Shown here: positions 58,540 through 64,000 of the stretch, piece after piece
How positions within the stretch are numbered: position 1 is the stretch's first letter
Layout: each line of letters begins with the position of its first letter
NCBI GenBank assembly: GCA_965209035.1
Contig: OZ242372.1
Coordinates: forward strand, 1,248,001 to 1,312,000
Source of the DNA: Gammaproteobacteria bacterium
GTDB taxonomy: Bacteria > Pseudomonadota > Gammaproteobacteria > CBDBNL01 > JAAOII01
DNA length: 64,000 bases
Direction: 5' to 3'
Notes under the pieces: model-generated
What the model was told of the DNA's origin: nothing
Seen by the model: only the letters and a program-made list of their open reading frames with translations
Database searches by the model: none
Made by a program: the position numbers and the translations under genes

Positions 58540-60375
58540 ATGAAAAATGATGTAAAAAAAGTCTCAAGTTTCACAAACAAAAAATGGTGTGGCTGGATTC
58601 CAAATACAAGCGGTTCCATATCTTTTTACATTGCGGGACGCAGAGAAAATCTTGATATGCCTGTCACGGTTTTTTCTTACAAGATACCGTATCACAGTAT
58701 TAAGCCCCAACAACATAAACACATTTTTCAACTGAGGAGTAGGGATAAAGATAATCAAAAAGATCAAGACGCAAAGAACAGCGTTTTTGTTTTATCTTTT
58801 GTATGCCAAGAGAGAGATAATTTCGACGGCTCTTTGCCTTTATTTTTTTTATGTCCTATTCTGATGTTTTTGCCGCGAAAGTGGTATAAAAAAATTGAAA
58901 AATGCATTTTTCATCTATATTTGTGGCTAGCTACGTTCGAATGGCATCTGAATACTCTTCCCTTTCGGATCCGTAAAACCGAATGGCATTTGAAAATTCC
59001 TTATTTCCGGCTTCGTAAAGCCGAATGGCGTTTGAAAATTCCTTATTTTCGACTTCGTAAAATCAAGTTGCGTACGAAAATTCCTTATGTTGCTTTTTAT
59101 TTTGGTAACTATATCTCACCGCCGGACGAAGCAAATCAAAAATTATACGAAGGCGTGCAATTAATTAAGGGGACAGTATTTTCTATTCTTCATCATCCGC
59201 GGATGAAAAGCATTCTTGAAGAGATCATAAAAGATATGTCGGAGATGGAGATGCGGGAAAGCCAAATAAACGATGAGCAGTCGATAGATCGCATAGATGC
59301 TTCTCTGGGTAAGTTACAAAGCAGGATAAAGGAGTTTACCGATAATGAAGATAAGGGGGGCGTCGGCTTTTCTGCTGACTTTGAATTAGAACGCAATGGC
59401 ATAGTAAATATGGGCAATTTTCGATGCTCGGATTCCGTGCAAAAAGATTTGAAAAATGACCCGGATAAAAAGGACCCGCCGAAGCACTATGCAAATCAAT
59501 TATTTTATTTCATTAAGGATATCTTTCATGCACATTCTCATCATTCTGAGACAGATGATTGCTTATCTTCTCTTCACTCCATGCCGGATAACAGTTCTGA
59601 TTTAAAGTATAAGTTGGGGTGTTTGCGTCGCGTATTTCAAAGGTTAATGCGGCGCTATGTTCAGATGGAGTGCACATCCGTCGAAAAAAAATACTTATTG
59701 GGGTTTTTAGCGTACATTCGTAGTCTACAAGTTCTTATGGACAAACTGGGTAAGTCCCTCTCCAAAAAGAGTTTTAAACCTTTAAATCTTAATGGCAAAA
59801 TTGTACGGGAATCCGCAGAAGCGGCAGTTGAAAGAGGAAATACCAAGGAAGAACAAAGTTTTACGACCAGGCGTTGGATTTATGGGCTATTGACCGCCTA
59901 TTTCCTTTTAGAATTACAGATGGGCGAAAAATTGTATTTTACACCCATTTCATCTGGTATAGTGAAGACACTATACCCCCTCTTTCTGCCCTTTTTGCCG
60001 GAATCTTACCCTTACCCTATGATTATTTTTATGTTATGGTGTCTCTGGATTGCTATTGGTTGGTTTTGGGTTTATGTAAATTATCGTCAAGTGGGTGATA
60101 AATTAGGGAGAACCTGGCAAGAATGGATTTATTGGCGACGGGCTTCTTTTCAAGGTCGTCGAAAATGGATATACTGGCCGTTGGTTTTAATAATATTGAT
60201 CATCTGGGCTCTTTTTTATTTTTGGGTTTGGACTTTTTTGAGTTTTTGGGTTTGGATTCCTCTTTTAATGGTGTTTGTATGTGTACTAATTCTTTCTTTA
60301 TTTTTCTATTTGAAACCTAAATTCAAGTGCCTAGTGCAACACCGCGAAATATTTACAAAAAAATATGAGAGTTGA
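58540..60375 (+). CDS. Hypothetical membrane protein Y with a KDIFHAHSHH..DD motif and C-terminal TM helices
   Basis: 611-aa AT-rich ORF; His cluster; about 4 Trp-rich TM segments at the C-terminus; 14-aa internal repeats. Confidence 0.8.
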   Translation: MKNDVKKVSSFTNKKWCGWIPNTSGSISFYIAGRRENLDMPVTVFSYKIPYHSIKPQQHKHIFQLRSRDKDNQKDQDAKNSVFVLSFVCQERDNFDGSLPLFFLCPILMFLPRKWYKKIEKCIFHLYLWLATFEWHLNTLPFRIRKTEWHLKIPYFRLRKAEWRLKIPYFRLRKIKLRTKIPYVAFYFGNYISPPDEANQKLYEGVQLIKGTVFSILHHPRMKSILEEIIKDMSEMEMRESQINDEQSIDRIDASLGKLQSRIKEFTDNEDKGGVGFSADFELERNGIVNMGNFRCSDSVQKDLKNDPDKKDPPKHYANQLFYFIKDIFHAHSHHSETDDCLSSLHSMPDNSSDLKYKLGCLRRVFQRLMRRYVQMECTSVEKKYLLGFLAYIRSLQVLMDKLGKSLSKKSFKPLNLNGKIVRESAEAAVERGNTKEEQSFTTRRWIYGLLTAYFLLELQMGEKLYFTPISSGIVKTLYPLFLPFLPESYPYPMIIFMLWCLWIAIGWFWVYVNYRQVGDKLGRTWQEWIYWRRASFQGRRKWIYWPLVLIILIIWALFYFWVWTFLSFWVWIPLLMVFVCVLILSLFFYLKPKFKCLVQHREIFTKKYES

Positions 60376-60960
60376 TCCTGGTTTGAAGTAAGACGCTTAA
60401 TACTATTTGCCCCGAATCGCAAGAACAAGAATGCGGTCCGGCGGGACAAAGATTAATCCAAAACAGAGGGTGCAAAAACACCGTCGGACTTCATTAATTT
60501 GTTAAACACACTGCCTGGCTACTGACGAGAGACACTTTCAAACAACCCGGTAAGACCCGTCAATCATTTTCGCCCGTTCGGTAAAAACAGACAAAAACAC
60601 GCCGAGTCCAAAACCGGGCGGGAAGTCATTGCCTTAACAAAACCTCATTAAAAGGTACAACATCCGGTTCCACTAATTATCCTCAAACCTGTCTGTCTGT
60701 GTTCCATTTTACCGGGTGCAAAATTTAATAGAGAACGGAGATTAAGCGAAAAAGTTTGTTGATCTGATTGCCGGGTCAAACCACTGAGTCCGTATTCGGC
60801 TCTTAATGACAAGACACCGAAAATCTCTTTATGCAACACCGGAAGTGCCAAGCCGGGTGCGAGCATAAAATCCGCATAATCTCATAAAGATTTTGATTTC
60901 TTGCCTTATAATTAATAGTAGTATTTGTGGTTTATGTAATTTTTATTCAGTAATGACAAA

Positions 60961-63900
60961 ATGGAAAGAGTGTTAAGAACAATCGTTGGACTTTTTTTAA
61001 GATCTGTTAGAGCAATCATGAATCAACCGACCGGATATTTTTTATCTTATTTATTCGTTGGCGGATTTTTGCTCTTCTCTCTTTCCTCTTGTGGAATTGG
61101 CAGCAGCAGAAGCAGTATTATCACCGCCGGTGATTCCGTTCTCTTGCCGGTTACCGGTTCCGTTCTCCCTGTCTTTGATTTCAAGGTCGTGCCGGAACGG
61201 GATATGTTAATGTTCAGTTGGACCAACCCGGATCGAAATGACATAGTCGGGTTTAATATTACCCGGAGCAACTCGGAACAGAATAAAACCTTCTCACTCA
61301 AGAAGTCGGAAGTCAATGTTGATGTCCGCCCTCTGGCAAAGATGCGCTATACCATGGATGATGAAGATATGAGCGAAGCCCATATCTATGCGGTGAGCGT
61401 GATGGTAATCTATGAAGACGGTCGGGTAGCCGCATCAAATTTTTTGCTGCGCAGACCCGGGAGAAACACAGACGGCGATGAATTTCCGGACAGTCTGGAT
61501 CCGGACGATGACAATGACGGACTGAACGATTTTTGGACGAACGGGACTGTGCGAGATGCCTGCCCGCGGGGTGAGACCGGTTGGCATTCCAATGCGACGG
61601 CGGACCGGGACGGTGACGGCTGTCGCGATGCCGGTGAGGATGCGGACGATGACAATGACGGGCTGAACGATTTTTGGACGAATGGCACGGCACGAGATGC
61701 CTGCCCGCGGGGTGAGACCGATTGGCATTCCAATGCGACGACGGACCGGGACAGTGACGGCTGTCGCGATGCCGGTGAGGATGCGGACGATGACAATGAC
61801 GGGCTGAACGATTTTTGGACGAACGGGACCGGAACTGTGCGAGATGCCTGCCCGCGGGGCGAGACCGGCTGGCGTTCCAATGCGACGACGGACCGGGACG
61901 GCGACGGCTGTCGCGATGCCGATGAGGATGCGGACGATGACAATGACGGGCTGAACGATTTTTGGACGAACGGGACTGTGCGAGATGCCTGCCCGCGGGG
62001 TGAGACCGGCTGGCATTCCAATGCGATGACGGACCGGGACGGCGACGGCTGTCGCGATGCCGGTGAGGATGCGGACGATGACAATGACGGGCTGAACGAT
62101 TTTTGGACGAACGGGACCGGAACTGTGCGAGATGCCTGCCCGCGGGGTGAGACCGGTTGGCATTCCAATGCGACGACGGACCGGGACAGTGACGGCTGTC
62201 GCGATGCCGGTGAGGATGCGGACGATGACAATGACGGGCTGAACGATTTTTGGACGAACGGGACCGGAACTGTACGAGATGCCTGCCCGCGGGGCGAGAC
62301 CGGCTGGCATTCCAATGCGACGACGGACCGGGACAGTGACGGCTGTCGCGATGCCGGTGAGGATGCGGACGATGACAATGACGGGCTGAACGATTTTTGG
62401 ACGAACGGGACTGTACGAGATGCCTGCCCGCGGGGCGAGACCGGTTGGCATTCCAATGCGACGACGGACCGGGACGGTGACGGCTGTCGCGATGCCGATG
62501 AGGATGCGGACGATGACAATGATGGGCTGAACGATTTTTGGACGAACGGGACTGTGCGAGATGCCTGCCCGCGGGGCGAGATCGGTTGGCATTCCAATGC
62601 GATGACGGACCGGGACGGCGACGGCTGTCGCGATGCCGGTGAAGATGCGGACGATGACAATGACGGGCTGAACGATTTTTGGACGAACGGGACGGCACGA
62701 GATGCCTGCCCGCGGGGCGAGACCGGTTGGCGTTCCAATGCGATGACGGACCGGGACGGTGACGGCTGTCGCGATGCCGATGAGGATGCGGATGATGACA
62801 ATGACGGGCTGAACGATTTTTGGACGAATGGGACGGCACGAGATGCCTGCCCGCGGGGTGAGACCGGTTGGCATTCCAATGCGATGACGGACCGGGACGG
62901 TGACGGCTGTCGCGATGCCGGTGAGGATGCGGACGACAATAGTAACGGTTTGATAGAAATCCGGACGCTGGATGCGTTGGCACTGCTGCGCGATGACCTA
63001 AACGGCGATGGTGCGGACGATGAGAATCTTGCCGAAATTGCCGTGCCAAGTCGGGCGGGCTGCCCCGCTGCGGGTTGTATCGGCTATGAGTTAATACGCT
63101 CTCTCAATTTTAGTGATATCCGTTCTTACGCATTAGGCAGTCCCAATAGAAATATCTGGACCGGCGGCAGCGGTTGGTCGCCGATTGGATCTTGCACCGC
63201 CGATGACGGCTGCCGAGTCTACGGCGGAATTTTTGAGGGCAATAATCATAGTATTTCCAATCTGTTCGTTTCGGCGAACCATTCGGTCAATGGCGTAGGT
63301 CTGTTTGCCGCGACGAATGGGACTGTGCAAAATTTGCGTCTGCCGGCGGCGAATGTCAGTGGCGGCGGCAATCATGTGGGTTTATTGGCGGGAAATGGAA
63401 TGAATGCCTATTTTGAGAATATTTTGGTTTCGGGGACGGTGATAAGCCGGACTGCCCATGGCATAGGAATGCTTGCCGGGGATGTTTCGGGCGCGACCTT
63501 AATACAAGTAATTGTTAATGGGGGTTATGTGTCCGGAAACGGGAGTGTCGGCGGTTTGGTCGGAGCGGGCGAAAGAACCCGGATTCTTCATTCGTCTGCG
63601 TCCGGCGCGATTGTATTTGGTATTGAATCTGTGGGCGGTTTGGTCGGAGCGGGTGAAAGGGCAAGGATTCGCCATTCGTCCGTGTCCGGTGGCAGTGTAT
63701 CCGGTGACGGAAATGTCGGCGGTTTGGTCGGAGCCGGAAAGCTGGCTCGCATTGCCTATTCGTCTGTGTCCGACAGCATTGTATCCGGCAGCGCCAATTT
63801 TGTCGGCACTCTGATCGGAGCCGGTAAGAATTCTCGGATTAGTTATGCGTATGTCTCGAATAGCAATGTGTCCGGCAGGAGGTATGTGGGCGGCCTGGCC

Positions 63901-64000
63901 GGGCTTATAGAGGGCGGGAGTTCTCAAGTGATTCACTCCCATATATCCGGGGTGCGCGTATCAGGCACTTTAAATGTGGGCGGTCTGGCCGGATATGGCG
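60961..64000 (+). CDS. Large surface lipoprotein (FN3-like region, 10 TSP3-like repeats, GLIEI domain, GLUG-like repeats); runs off the window
   Basis: Missing from the ORF track because it has no stop in the window. Manual translation MERVLRT...(M61018)NQPTGYF...LSSC (lipobox)...FSWTNP...(DDDNDGLNDFWTNGTVRDACPRGETGWHSNATTDRDGDGCRDAGEDA)x10...NGLIEIRTL...VGGLVG. Confidence 0.9.
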   Translation, partial: MERVLRTIVGLFLRSVRAIMNQPTGYFLSYLFVGGFLLFSLSSCGIGSSRSSIITAGDSVLLPVTGSVLPVFDFKVVPERDMLMFSWTNPDRNDIVGFNITRSNSEQNKTFSLKKSEVNVDVRPLAKMRYTMDDEDMSEAHIYAVSVMVIYEDGRVAASNFLLRRPGRNTDGDEFPDSLDPDDDNDGLNDFWTNGTVRDACPRGETGWHSNATADRDGDGCRDAGEDADDDNDGLNDFWTNGTARDACPRGETDWHSNATTDRDSDGCRDAGEDADDDNDGLNDFWTNGTGTVRDACPRGETGWRSNATTDRDGDGCRDADEDADDDNDGLNDFWTNGTVRDACPRGETGWHSNAMTDRDGDGCRDAGEDADDDNDGLNDFWTNGTGTVRDACPRGETGWHSNATTDRDSDGCRDAGEDADDDNDGLNDFWTNGTGTVRDACPRGETGWHSNATTDRDSDGCRDAGEDADDDNDGLNDFWTNGTVRDACPRGETGWHSNATTDRDGDGCRDADEDADDDNDGLNDFWTNGTVRDACPRGEIGWHSNAMTDRDGDGCRDAGEDADDDNDGLNDFWTNGTARDACPRGETGWRSNAMTDRDGDGCRDADEDADDDNDGLNDFWTNGTARDACPRGETGWHSNAMTDRDGDGCRDAGEDADDNSNGLIEIRTLDALALLRDDLNGDGADDENLAEIAVPSRAGCPAAGCIGYELIRSLNFSDIRSYALGSPNRNIWTGGSGWSPIGSCTADDGCRVYGGIFEGNNHSISNLFVSANHSVNGVGLFAATNGTVQNLRLPAANVSGGGNHVGLLAGNGMNAYFENILVSGTVISRTAHGIGMLAGDVSGATLIQVIVNGGYVSGNGSVGGLVGAGERTRILHSSASGAIVFGIESVGGLVGAGERARIRHSSVSGGSVSGDGNVGGLVGAGKLARIAYSSVSDSIVSGSANFVGTLIGAGKNSRISYAYVSNSNVSGRRYVGGLAGLIEGGSSQVIHSHISGVRVSGTLNVGGLAGYG
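61504..62931 (+). repeat. Ten near-identical 141/147-bp coding tandem repeats
   Basis: Units start at 61504, 61645, 61786, 61933, 62074, 62221, 62368, 62509, 62650 and 62791; units 3, 5 and 6 carry a 6-bp insertion. Confidence 0.95.

Noticed and set aside
56642-60624. Integron cassette array with attC sites
   Set aside because: The repeats are long direct duplications that include coding sequence; I could not find RYYYAAC/GTTRRRY-bounded palindromes or intI.
61313-63049. Long minus-strand ORFs (578, 509 and 479 aa)
   Set aside because: Shadows of the stop-free 141-bp repeat; the real gene is the plus-strand lipoprotein.

Overview
Chromosomal window from a gammaproteobacterium, probably marine and host-associated (inferred from Na+-NQR, gatCAB, ISC fdx-iscX-ndk-pilW-rodZ-ispG, ctaA/ctaB, taurine catabolism and expanded repeat lipoproteins). 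The backbone is housekeeping genes in fragmented operons plus a taurine cluster (tauABC, class III aminotransferase, xsc, pta) interrupted by fic and an AbrB-family gene. There are three accessory blocks. 27.4-37.5 kb holds a secreted GLUG-like protein, a type III-like res-mod pair and two pentapeptide-repeat paralogs. 45.2-50.8 kb holds two lipoprotein paralogs, a restriction-enzyme remnant and an HTH-fused methylase. 56.6-64 kb holds a duplicated small membrane protein plus HxHxHH membrane-protein module and a large TSP3-repeat lipoprotein. No integrase, transposase, reverse transcriptase or CRISPR is visible. The main unexplained signal is local duplication at every scale: tandem arrays of gene 3' ends (aminotransferase, pta, gatC), a chain of stop/start-coupled mini-ORFs linking gatC to gatA, accessory cassettes bracketed by nested 28-100 bp direct repeats, a dispersed ~67-100 bp intergenic element, in-frame stutters in core proteins, and A:T->G:C drift in the dead copies. 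All alignments and counts were made by eye.
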